Below, piece after piece: positions 51,655-62,381 of a stretch of DNA of 64,000 bases. The first letter of the stretch is position 1. The number at the start of each line of letters is the position of its first letter. Source of the DNA: an uncultured delta proteobacterium (GTDB lineage: Bacteria; Desulfobacterota; Binatia; Bin18); the NCBI GenBank assembly GCA_963733195.1, contig CAVTCR010000009.1:96001-160000 (forward strand), read 5' to 3'. The notes beneath the pieces were generated by a model that was given only the letters and a program-made list of their open reading frames with translations, searched no databases and was not told where the DNA came from. Position numbers and translations under genes: made by a program.

Positions 51655-52440
51655 TCAGTTGGCTACGGTCGGATCTTCAACGTACGACAGAAGAATAATC
51701 GTACTATTGTCGCGACCCCCACGTTCGTTGGCAAGATTCACCAGCGTATCACAGGCTTTTTCAAGATCTGGAGCCGTCTGTTCAATAATGCGGAGCATGT
51801 CCTCATCATCAATTACCCCGTGGATTCCATCGCTGCAGAGGAGATAGATATCTCCCGACTGCGGCCGTTCGAGGCGGACAGACGGTTGAACGAGCGGGCT
51901 AACGCCGACAGCTTGAGTCAGCACATGACGATGCGGGAAAGTTTTGACCTCGGTCGGTCCGATCTTCCCCTCTTTGAGCAACTGCTGCACCAACGAGTGG
52001 TCTTCGGTGAGGCGTTCAATCACCCCTTCTCGAACACGGTAGACACGGGAGTCACCAACATGACAAATTCCTGCAACACTCTCTTCTTCATCAAATAAGA
52101 CCGCTGCCACCGTGGTCCCCATTCCATTGAGGTTCGGGTCCCGCTGGCTCATCTCAAACACTTTGTTATTTGCTCTCTGGATCGCAAGGAAAAGGCGACG
52201 GCCAGCAACCGAAGACCACCCATTCTGGGTAGTGATAGGCGTCAGATCTTCCCCTTGGGTCTCCTGGAGAACACCATGCATCGTCTCCACAGCTAAAGCA
52301 CTTGCGCGCTCCCCACCGACGTGCCCGCCCATCCCATCCGCCACGATATAAAACGCCGCATCAGGGAAGAATCCTGAAGAATCCTCGTTTTTCGCGCGTA
52401 CCTTACCCGTGTCTGTTTTTACTGCGCCACAGATGGACAC
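51655..52440 (-). CDS. PP2C/Stp1 family Ser/Thr protein phosphatase
   Basis: RAKNED, VADGMGG, GMGTT, HVGDSR, LCSDG, GGRDN; lies directly upstream of the kinase. Confidence 0.95.
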   Translation of the reverse strand: MSICGAVKTDTGKVRAKNEDSSGFFPDAAFYIVADGMGGHVGGERASALAVETMHGVLQETQGEDLTPITTQNGWSSVAGRRLFLAIQRANNKVFEMSQRDPNLNGMGTTVAAVLFDEEESVAGICHVGDSRVYRVREGVIERLTEDHSLVQQLLKEGKIGPTEVKTFPHRHVLTQAVGVSPLVQPSVRLERPQSGDIYLLCSDGIHGVIDDEDMLRIIEQTAPDLEKACDTLVNLANERGGRDNSTIILLSYVEDPTVAN

Positions 52441-52563
52441 GGAACGCTCCTTTCACAACAACGCCAGTATTTTGAGGAATCGGCTGTTTCTGGTCTTTTT
52501 TTTAGTCCTTTCAATCAGTTTTAGCAAACCCACTTTCCTTTTTGCAAAACAGGGATTTTCCTC

Positions 52564-52585
52564 TTATGAAATTTTTATGAAATTT
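52564..52585. promoter_or_regulatory. Perfect 11-bp tandem direct repeat in the divergent promoter region
   Basis: TTATGAAATTT-TTATGAAATTT between the phosphatase/kinase operon and the outer-membrane/cytochrome operon. Confidence 0.5.
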
Positions 52586-52730
52586 TTTGCGTGGTTAAAT
52601 GCTCTTGACGGCAGAATGGCAAGTCGATAGCTACGAGGTGCTCTCACCTGGGGTGCCATTCGCCTTCACTGTATAATTTTGTTATCATCACACTTTGTCG
52701 CGCCGTCTGCCGTTTGGAAGGAGGAGGAGC

Positions 52731-54101
52731 ATGAAGAAAACAATGTTGGTTATAGGAGTTGTGCTCGGCGCAGTGCTTTTTGTTGCTCCAGCTTTTGCCA
52801 GAAGTTTGAAATCCTCGTTGGAGAATACACTTTTTGCCGCTTCGCCAAACGATTCGATTTTTCTCACCATCCCCAACCCAGCTGCAGGCCAACCCGGATT
52901 CTCCTGATTCGTTGGTCTTCTATCAGCCGACTCCAACTCCAAGATCTTTGGCAAACCCATTCAGACCGGTGGTCCAGGTGGAATCGCTAGCCAGTTTGTC
53001 CGTACGTTGAGCAGTAACATCCTCACTGAAAGTGCTGTGGTTGCGCTGCCCTCCGGCAGTGCGGGGTTTGAGTATACATTTAACCCGAGTCTGAATGTTT
53101 TTGAGCGTAGCTCGATCGGCCTTGGCCCAATTTACAATGACCGGGTCAACACCCTGGGCAAAGGCGTATTTGCCTTTGGGGTTGCGTATGTACACCAGGA
53201 TTTTGATACATTTAACGGCCAATCGATCTCTAAGTTATCAACAGCCGACAAAAACCTCTTTTCCGGCCAGCAATCCGTATTCATTACAACAGGGATTGTC
53301 GATGCCCGGGTCAAGTTAAATATTAAAACCGACACCGCCGCTCTCTACGGCATCTATGGCCTCACCGACAGGATTGACATCAGCCTACTGTTACCGCTCA
53401 CCAATATCTCTTACGAGCGAAATCAACTCTTAGACAAGGGAGCCCTACCCTACTCAGTGATTTTGCCGCTTTTCTTCCTGATTCGCGCTGTGACATCTAC
53501 GCAGGCTCAAAATGATCAATGCCGGATCTCCGACTTTACCATCCTCAGACAAGGAACACGCTTTACCTTCCAACAAGGAACGTCAACTTCTACGGTTAAT
53601 AAGGTCGATAAAAGCCGCTTCGGCACCGGAGATATGGTGATACGAGGGAAGGCTCGTCTACTTGACAGGTCCTGGGGGAATTTTGGTGGATTGACCGAGT
53701 TGACCTTTCCCACTGGTAATGAAGACAATTTCCTAGGGGATGGCGCCTTCAAAGCACGCTTCTTGTTGTTGTACTCTCAGAGCTTCTTCTCTAACCGCGT
53801 GAACTTTCATTTGAATGGCGGGGGAAAGGTTACGACGCAAACAAGTCGCAAGGATACTCTGGAGTACGGCTATGCGATTGACTTTATGTTAACCCCACGT
53901 CTCTCGTTAGTAACAGAAATGATCGGCTCCTGGCGAGTAGACCCAGAAGGCCTACCGCAACACTTCCTAGATAGTGCTTTTGGTTTTAAGGCCAATCTAT
54001 ATCGGGGACTGATCGTTAATGTAAGTTTCCGTCTTCCTGCGACTGATGACGGACTACGGTCAGACGTCGTATATCTGGCCGGGTTAGAATACGACTTCTA
54101 A
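52731..54101 (+). CDS. Outer-membrane beta-barrel protein (MetA-pathway/SphA-like); frameshifts near 52900-52970
   Basis: GGAGGAG RBS and signal MKKTMLVIG...AFA; SIGLGPIYNDRVNTLGKG, GTGDMVIRGK, PTGNEDNFLG; C-terminal GLEYDF. Confidence 0.7.
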
Positions 54102-54114
54102 AGGAGAAACACTA

Positions 54115-54729
54115 ATGCAAAGGAAATTCTGGGCCATTGCGACGTTCATTGTTGGCCTGGTCCTCGCAATACGCGTCGAAGCTGTGATGGTCATGCCGTT
54201 CAACATCGAAGAACTGGCAAAACGGGCAGACAAAGTCTTTGTCGGCACCTGCACAAAAGTCTCTCATAGTGTGAATGCGCAAGGGGTTCCGGTCGTCGAA
54301 GTGACATTTGCAGTGACCGAAGCAGTAAAAGGCGAGGTCGGTACCACAGTCACGTTTCAACAAATTGATCCTCATAGCGCAACAACCGTCGGCATCGGCA
54401 CCCACCGTGAACGAGCGGCTCAGGGAAAATCCGCTGGGGATTTTTTCTGCCGCCGCTATCGCGGGTCTCCCGAGTTATACTTCTGGCGAGGAAGTCTTAT
54501 TGTTCCTGGCTGCGCCTGGAAAGTTGGGATTGACAGCACCGATTGGTTTTACCCAAGGGAAATTACCGGTCACGACACTCGCTTCAGGAGAGAAAATGAT
54601 CACCAACACCAGCCTTACAGAAAACCGCACTCAGCTGACGGTGCGTTCCCCGATCCAGGCAAAACCGCACAGTACGATCAATTCCTGAAGGTGCTACGTA
54701 CCTATCACCAGACGCACAATCATAAATAA
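54115..54729 (+). CDS. Small secreted protein (frameshifted near 54410 and 54640)
   Basis: Signal peptide; EELAKRADKVFVGT; the shifted frame gives GLPSYTSGEEVLLFL...PIGFTQGK, a family often found next to matrixin genes. Confidence 0.6.
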   Translation: MQRKFWAIATFIVGLVLAIRVEAVMVMPFNIEELAKRADKVFVGTCTKVSHSVNAQGVPVVEVTFAVTEAVKGEVGTTVTFQQIDPHSATTVGIGTHRERAAQGKSAGDFFCRRYRGSPELYFWRGSLIVPGCAWKVGIDSTDWFYPREITGHDTRFRRENDHQHQPYRKPHSADGAFPDPGKTAQYDQFLKVLRTYHQTHNHK

Positions 54730-54735
54730 GGAGAG

Positions 54736-56879
54736 ATGTATGCACCCAGCGAACGTTGCGACGATGGGGGCTGCTGTTGCGCTCGGCCTCTGTGTGCTGG
54801 TCGGATCTGGCCTACGCCGGTGCACCATTATTTTTCAATGAAACGACCGGGCAGCCATTCTTCTGGCCTGATAACCATTCCTTCTATGTAGTGGAAACTG
54901 GGCCGATCGGGCCCTTAAGTAACGCAAGCTGCCAAGGGACGGTTGACCGCGCATTCCAACGCTGGGCCTGATCTCCCTAGCGTTAATTTACGGATGGATG
55001 ATCTGGATAAAATTCTACCTACCACCTGAGTCTCGCTCCGTTCAAACGTGACTTCACAATCGATGATTTCACTACCATGGTGCCATGTCAGGTATTCCCA
55101 AGCGATCCTCCCGACACACAGCGCTCGCACTTCGACTGCGATTGCGCCGGGCATGTATCGCACAGGATCTGGAGAATTGTCCGAGTCCAATTGTGTTTGA
55201 CAACGACGGACAGATTATCGATTCGATGTTTGGTCAGAATAGTGGCGTGCTCGGGGTCTCCGGCCCTGACGTATTCATCCCGTCTCAATAGTATTGTCGC
55301 CGGATCATCGGTTATTAACGGTGCATTTTTCACCGCCGAAGCGGAACAGCAAAGACAAACCCTCGATCCGAAAGATACCAAATCGCTCCTTTCTTGAAGG
55401 AGTGCTGGTCCACGAGATCGGTCATTTTCTCGGGCTCGGACATAGTGCAGTGAATGGAGATACTGCTTTACTGAATCCAGCAGTACGAAGCATTGGTGGT
55501 AGCGTAGCCTGTAATAATCCTCCAATTGGTCCACCAGTAGACCTTACCGTCTGGACCATTAGACTGGGCTCGTCAGTGACCCGGAGACTGTCGAAACAAT
55601 GTATCCCGACAAGCCTCACGGTACGACGGTCAGCAGAAAGCACCCCCGAACGAGACGACGAAAGCTCAATGGCAAAACTGTATCCGTGTACTACAGAAAG
55701 CGACTGCAGACTGGGGGATGTTCACGCCCGCTCTCTGCGACTGGGACAATCGCGGGCGATCTTCATCCCTGACCCAGACAATCCGGGCCAGTTAAACCTG
55801 CCCAAGGAGTCTTAGTCATTGCTCGGCGAATTGACGCTATGACTCGACCGAAAGTTTAAGAGAAGCAGTGTCGCAACTCACTGGCAATACCTTTGCTCCA
55901 CAACGCTGTAACGGAGTTCTTTTCAGAGAGACAACAGAATAACGGCAAGCCGATAGACAAGTCTCGTTTACTGGACTTTTCGGTGCCTGTACACGAAAGC
56001 GACGATCCATTCAACGCTGGACAAGCCGAATGTCAGGCATTACTCAATGATAAATTTCCTGGCGTCGGGATATCGCTTTCTTGGATTCTGCGGTTCTTTC
56101 GCCTGGGGTTTGGTCAGCCACGCCGATTGGACACCGGAAGAAAATCACTTTACTTACCAATCTTTCTCCCGGAAAGTATCTCGTGCAAGCCTCGCCGCTT
56201 TTTCAAGGGGGATTCTCTTCGCCTGTCCGTTCCACCTCAGGGTTTATTGTGGTCTGTCTGGCAGTTTAAGCCCGTTGATTGTCTACTGATGACAATTCCG
56301 CGATTTGCACTCTTTCCCAATCCGCAAACCGGCGAATTCTACAATGGCCCGGCAACCGGGTGCGGGGCCGATATCACAACCTGTGGTGAAGAGCGGGCGG
56401 CCTCAACAGATAACCCATTTGCGTACACCCAGATCGACGTCACAGCCGGAGGTCGCGTCGACAATGTGAATATCTTGATGAATACCTCAGAACAAGAATT
56501 TTTGTGCGACCCTGGTTTTCAGTTCTGTAGCATCGGCGATGTCAACGCCGATAACATCGTCAATGACACGAAGATATATCGAGGTCCTCAAACAAAAAGA
56601 GAAATCTGATAAGGGAAAAAATTTAATCAACGCGCAGATCTGAACCAGGATGGACAGGTGTCCTTCTTCGATGTTGATCTCATCACCGATATTGTCACGC
56701 TCCCACGCCCCTTCACAGTTAATGCGGCACAACAAGAATTGAAACGTGGCATTGCCTCGTTCGATGCGATTTGCCTTGCGGCTGCGCGTGACGGTTGTAC
56801 TATTGGAGCGCCTGTCAACGAAACTGACGCAGACCGTGATATGACTTGCGCACAGCGAAAGAACTTGGGTGTCGAGTGA
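54736..56879 (+). CDS. Secreted matrixin-like (metzincin) metalloprotease with C-terminal dockerin-like Ca-binding repeats; heavily frameshifted
   Basis: HEIGHFLGLGH at about 55410; GDVNADNIVND and ADLNQDGQVSFFD repeats; fragments lie in several frames. Confidence 0.6.
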
Positions 56880-56989
56880 TTGATTGTCCTTAGGCCGAAA
56901 TACAAGAAGACAAGGAATCAAGTCATTACGAGTTACCCATAATACGGGGAGCTAAGCACGAAGGCAGAAACAAAGGCCACAGTTTTGGC

Positions 56990-57069
56990 CGTCATTCCCG
57001 CGCAAGCGGGAATCCAGTTTTCTGCCCCTGGATTCCGGGTCGCGGCCTGCGGCCTTGCCCGGAATGACG
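56990..57069. repeat. REP-like inverted doublet (CGTCATTCCCGCG...GCGGGAATCCAG / CTGGATTCC...GGAATGACG)
   Basis: Two palindromic units in inverted orientation with CGTCATTCC/GGAATGACG ends. Confidence 0.8.
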
Positions 57070-57226
57070 AGTTGCCAAGAGCATCCGGTGCGAGCTGAGA
57101 ATTTTGTTCCTAAGCAGGAGCCACAGGCGACGAAGCACCCTTGCGTCGCGGATTGTATTTATGTGACAATTTCTTTTAGGGGGCTGCTCGTCACTTTCTG
57201 TGGTCGACTCTGTGCAGTAAGAACGT

Positions 57227-58492
57227 ATGAGACATCTGCTCTTCCTCTTCGTTTGCGCATGGATGCTTGGCAGTGCCAATCCGGTTACCGCACAGGACGG
57301 CAAAGATACTCAGACTGCTCTGTCAGTATCAGCTGCACACGAGTTGTTCGGTAAGCAGTGCGGCCTATGCCACGAGCCTTTCAAAGGCGCGCCTGAACAG
57401 TTATGTCTCAAATGTCACGACGGTCCGCTTCATAACACTGCACAGGCCGTTACTCCGCCCTGTATTTCCTGTCACGTCGAACACAAAGGGCAAGAGAAAC
57501 TCGCTCAGGTCTCGAATGAACAATGTGTGACCTGCCATAAAGATCTGCAGGTCAAAAATAGCGCGCCACTCTTTGCCAAAAAAATTACCGGCTTTGCGCA
57601 AGATCACCCTGAGTTTGCCATCTCGCTGAAAAGCGGCATCGGCATTAAACGACTCCGCCTCAATGAGACAGGTGGAAATCAAAGTGACCGCACGACGTTG
57701 ACCTTCCCGCATGATGTACACTTAAAAGCTGGCCTCAAGAGTCCCAAAGGACAGGTACAGCTAGCGTGTAAAGATTGTCATGCGACCGCAGATGACGGCA
57801 AACAGATTGCGCCAATTGTGTACGAAAAGCACTGCCAAAGCTGTCACCAACTCGCGTTTTCGCCTGACACGCCGAACGTTTTTGCCCCGCACGCAGAACC
57901 ATCGGTCGTGCATGGTTTCTTGGTGGCAACTTTTGCCGAACGTCGTGCTGCGGCGCCCTCGCCTCCTCCAGCTGCATCGACACCAGAACTTCCGACCGGA
58001 CGACTGACCCGCCCAGTGCCTTCAGTATCACCAGTTATCACCGCCCCTACCTCCGGCCAATCGGTCGTTGCTGCGGAAAAGTATCTGTACACCGTCACGT
58101 GTAATAAATGTCATGTCGTTCAGAATCCCCAGGCACGAATTCCGACGATCGCCCGTGTAGCCATTCCTAAAGTGTGGCTTCCACACGGATTATTCTCTCA
58201 TCGTTCTCACCGACTATTAGAGTGTGCATCGTGCCACGATGATGTCACGAAGAGTAAAGTCGCTACCGACGTTAATCTTCCGAGTATTAAAGTCTGCCAG
58301 CAGTGTCATCGAGCGGCTGTGCAAACCGTGGCAGCGCCAGTGTCGCAACACAGTGCCACAACCGATTGTGTCTCCTGTCATGTGTACCACGATAAGTCGA
58401 AGGATTCGGATTGGTTGGGAACATTTACTGTTCAACGCATTTTGACTGAAGGGGCTGACAGTAAAGGAGTAGGACAGCCAAAGAAAAAATAA
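57227..58492 (+). CDS. Secreted decaheme c-type cytochrome (cytochrome c3-like)
   Basis: Signal peptide; ten CxxCH (CGLCH, CLKCH, CISCH, CVTCH, CKDCH, CQSCH, CNKCH, CASCH, CQQCH, CVSCH); FPHDVH and FSHRSH distal-His motifs. Confidence 0.92.
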   Translation: MRHLLFLFVCAWMLGSANPVTAQDGKDTQTALSVSAAHELFGKQCGLCHEPFKGAPEQLCLKCHDGPLHNTAQAVTPPCISCHVEHKGQEKLAQVSNEQCVTCHKDLQVKNSAPLFAKKITGFAQDHPEFAISLKSGIGIKRLRLNETGGNQSDRTTLTFPHDVHLKAGLKSPKGQVQLACKDCHATADDGKQIAPIVYEKHCQSCHQLAFSPDTPNVFAPHAEPSVVHGFLVATFAERRAAAPSPPPAASTPELPTGRLTRPVPSVSPVITAPTSGQSVVAAEKYLYTVTCNKCHVVQNPQARIPTIARVAIPKVWLPHGLFSHRSHRLLECASCHDDVTKSKVATDVNLPSIKVCQQCHRAAVQTVAAPVSQHSATTDCVSCHVYHDKSKDSDWLGTFTVQRILTEGADSKGVGQPKKK

Positions 58493-58656
58493 TCGCGAGA
58501 ACACACGGAGCACCGCATACTTTCTCCAGACAAACCGTCGCACTTCAGGTGATTCCCTGAGGGCTTCTCATATACAGTGTTTCACTTTGCGCTAGTTCAC
58601 CAATTGTGCTACGCTGCCTTGACTAGCGTACCGGGTGGGTAGGGAGGAAAACAATT

Positions 58657-60317
58657 ATGTTGAGAATACGGCTCATGGCTGGGGCTCTGTTTGCTCTGCT
58701 CCTTGCATACGGTTTTAGTCTTCCCTCCTTCGCGGCTGCACAGGCTTGCGACCCTGCAACCCCTCCACTGTGCGCCAGTGAAGTACAAGCAATAATCAAT
58801 CGCGCCATCACTATACTTGATCAGCCAATGGTTGTTGCTGTGGTTGATAGAGTCGGTAACCCTCTTGGGGTATTCCGCAAGACTGGAGCCCCGTTACAAG
58901 TGGCGGGGAATTTCTCTGGTGAATCGTTACTCAACAACCCACTCTACGACGCCGGCGAAGTTGCGGTCTCGCTCGCCCGGACGGCGGCGTTTTTTAGCCA
59001 TAATCAAGCTCCACTCTCTTCTCGTACGGTGCGGTTTATTAGCGGAGTCCATTTTCCTCCAGGCGTCTTGTTCACACCGAACGCCGCTTTATATGGCATC
59101 GAGAACACCAATCGTGGCTGTGACTTCAATGCCACCTTCAACCCGGGCAAGGAGGTGCCGCGCGCTAAAGCGCCCTGAATGGTTTGCCATGTAACAGTAC
59201 CGATCGTCGTGGATGTAGCCTTGGCATCACAACCGGAAAATTGAATTTCTTTGATAATGACTCCACTGCCGTGAATCCCGGTGGCATTCCAATATACAAG
59301 GGGAATACCGAAGTCGGTGGCGTCGGAGTCGTGGGAAATTTCTCTGGCGCTACTGCCGAACTGGTAGCGTTGGGTGCAGCGTTTCTTCCCCCTGGCACGA
59401 GTGTCCTTCCAGTTCCAGCCTTCTTTACCAAGGATTTGCGCGAACGGGTGTTTATCGACGGGATTCGTTTACCCTTTGTGAATCTTGATGTCCCAAAAAT
59501 CGTGAAGCAGATTCGCAAAGGTAAAGTGCCCAAGGGCCTCAAAATCGACCCGGCCCCGACAGGAGAGTTTATTCTTCCCCCTCAGGACGGTCAGTGTTTT
59601 GATCGCGAGGAGAACAATGGTGTGTGTCGGGCTGCTCCGGAAGGATATCTGATCGGCCCTAATGCCGGCTCGAAACTCACACAAGCAGAAGTTGATCAGA
59701 TCGTCCAGAATGCAGTTGAAACCGCTGACGCTACCCGTGCGGTCATTCGTTTCCCGCGTGGAGTGCGGACAAAAATGATGGTTTCCGTCGCTGATGTAGA
59801 CGGCACGCTCTTGGCGGTCTATCGCATGCCAGACGCAACAATCTTCAGCATCGATGTCGCAACCGCAAAGTCGCGGAACGTTATTTATTTCAGTGGACCG
59901 AGAACTAACGTTCGCAATGATCTCCCTCAGGTGCCAGAAGGTACATCGATTAGTAACCGCACGCTGAGTTTTGGTAGCCAACCCCTCTATCCACCAGGTA
60001 TCGATACCGGTGGGGAAGGGCCTTTTTTCCGCACCCTCTATATTCCTGACTCCCTCACTCCCTGCACCCAAGGTACCCAGCCAACCAATCCGAATCAAAG
60101 TGGCATTGTCTTTTTCCCTGGCAGTCTTCCGTTGTTCAGAAACGGGGAAGTCATTGGCGGCCTTGGGATTAGTGGTGATGGGGTGGAACAAGACGATTTT
60201 GTCACTGTTGGTGGAGCGATCGGCTTTGACCCGCCTAATAAGATCCGGGCTGATCAGTTCTTTATTCGTGGCGCCCGTCTGGCATATCTCAAGTTTCCCA
60301 GAAACGCCGAGCGATAA
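58657..60317 (+). CDS. Secreted GlcG/HbpS-family heme-binding protein with two domains; frameshift near 59170
   Basis: VAVVDRVG...SLARTAAFF...PGGIPIYKG...GGVGV, and SVADVDG...ATAKSRN...FPGSLPLFRNGEVIGGLGISGDGVEQDD. Confidence 0.85.
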
Positions 60318-60356
60318 TACCGATGTCTCCGGTTGCGGCGAGATGAGGGGGTTGTG

Positions 60357-62367
60357 ATGCGCGTACGAAAATCAGAGAAGGCAAAGTGGAGAAGAGTAGT
60401 GTGTATTATGCTCTCGCTTTTCCCTCTTGTCGCTGCCCACGAGAGCTGGAGCGCGGAACCCAGCACCCCAACTCTTGTTATTAACCGTGGGTTACCGATT
60501 TATACGTCCGACGTCTCACCGCGTCTGCATGGGACCTCAACCGCGGCTAAAGGTTCGCGCGTCGTTGCCATGATCGGTAAAACGACTGCGTCGACGGTCG
60601 TCTTGGCGGGAAACACCTGGATTCTTGATTGGCCTGAGGTCTTACCGGCGGGAAATTATAAACTTGATAGTGACCGTCACTGACACCAACGGCACGACCA
60701 CAAGTGCGACACAAACGATCACCGTCAGTGGTCCAGGTCGCGCAGTTCGCCGCCCGCTCCTCTCTCCTCCAGATGAATTTAACCCGGTACCGCTCGATGA
60801 ATCGGCTGAAGCCGACTTTCAAGCCACAACCGATCGCTGGCGTATTATTCCACCTCCCTACGAAGTCAACGTTAAGGGCAGCCTGTGGGACCCCTATAAT
60901 CAAAACGTCTTGAAAGGTGATTATCCGGTCTGGGGACAAGATGTTTTCCTAAACCTCACTGGTTCATGGGATACGCTTGTCGAGGTGCGCAAGACACCGG
61001 TGCCAAGCGGTCCCAGTAGTGAACGGGCAGGCAGCGCTCAGTTTTTAGGGAATGATACACAATTTCTGTTGAATCAAAACTTCACGCTATCCGCTGATCT
61101 CTTCAAAGGCGATACCGCCTTCAAACCTTTTGACTGGCGTGCAAAATTCACGTTCATCGGCAACATTAATTATACTCACGTCGAAGAGCGGGGCGTCCTG
61201 TTTCCCGATGTTCGTAGAGGGATTGACCGGACCGATGGTACGCCTGCTTTACAAGAAGCTTTTGTCGAAGCCAAACTTGCAGATCTGAGCCCGAATTATG
61301 ATTTTGTTTCTATTCGCGCCGGTATTCAGCCATTCAATAGTGACTTCAAAGGATTCGTATTCTCCGACCAGACACTTGGTGTTCGTCTGTTCGGCAACTA
61401 CAACAACAATTTAGACCAGTACAATTTGGTGTACTTCGACCGTTTGGAAAAAGATACGAACAGTGGCCTTAATCGCTACCGCTTACGCGATCAAAAACTA
61501 CTGATCGCCAACTACTATCGACAAGACTTTCTCGTCAAAGGTTACACGACTCAGTTCAGCATCCATCAACTGTGGGAAGGAAAGACATTTCACTTCGATC
61601 AAAATGATTTTCTCGTGCGCCCAGATCCGATTGGCTCGTTTCGTGAGCACGCGATTAACGCAACGTATTTAGGCTGGACCAGTTTCGGCCATGTTGAACG
61701 GATCAATATCGACTCAGCGTTCTATTACGTTCTTGGCCATGATACGCGGAATCCAATCGCCGGTCGTAGTATTGATATTGCTGCCTACATGGGTGCCCTC
61801 GAATTATCAATCGATCGCGACTGGCTACGCCCGAAAATTTCCTATTTTCACGCCTCTGGTGATGGTGACCCGCTTGATGGTACAGGTCACGGGTTTGACG
61901 CGATCTTTGATAACCCGTTGTTTGCTGGTGGTGGATTTAGTTACTGGAACCGCCTGGGCGTCAAGCTCACTGGTACTGGGGTGAATCTGGTCAATCGCGG
62001 GAGTCTGCTCCCCGATCTGCGCAGCAGCAAAGACGAAGGGCAACCAAATTTCGTCAACCCAGGTATCCATATTTTCAACGTCGGTCTTGATGCGGAATTC
62101 ACGCCTAAGGTGAAAGGCATCTTTAATGCGAACTATATGTTCTTTGACACGACCAGACCGCTGAAGGTCGTTCTCCAGCAGAATCGTGTTGATGGTGAAA
62201 TCGGTTGGGATCTGAGTGCTGGCATTCGTTATCGGCCCTATCTGAACAACAATGTGATTATTCTCGTAGGAACGGCGGTGTTTTTTCCTGGCAAAGGATT
62301 CAGTGACATCTTCGGTCAGAGGTCAACACAATTCCACAGTTTCAGCAACGTAATTTTGACATTCTAG
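60357..62367 (+). CDS. Exported protein: Ig-like domain plus large outer-membrane beta-barrel; frameshift near 60660
   Basis: Signal-like N-terminus; PRLHGT...WILDWPEVLPAGNY-(shift)-LIVTVTDTNG Ig-like domain; aromatic amphipathic strands; C-terminal VILTF. Confidence 0.75.
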
Positions 62368-62381
62368 GGGGGAGATTGGGG

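Noticed and set aside
59176-59178. TGA between the two GlcG ORFs as possible selenocysteine
   Set aside because: The downstream ORF is in a different frame; a one-base shift gives ALNGLPCNS, so this is a frameshift rather than readthrough.
59469-60191. 240-aa minus-strand ORF, and similar ones at 26999-27667, 31384-32007 and 7180-7731
   Set aside because: Each lies fully antisense to a well-supported gene and shows no recognisable domain.
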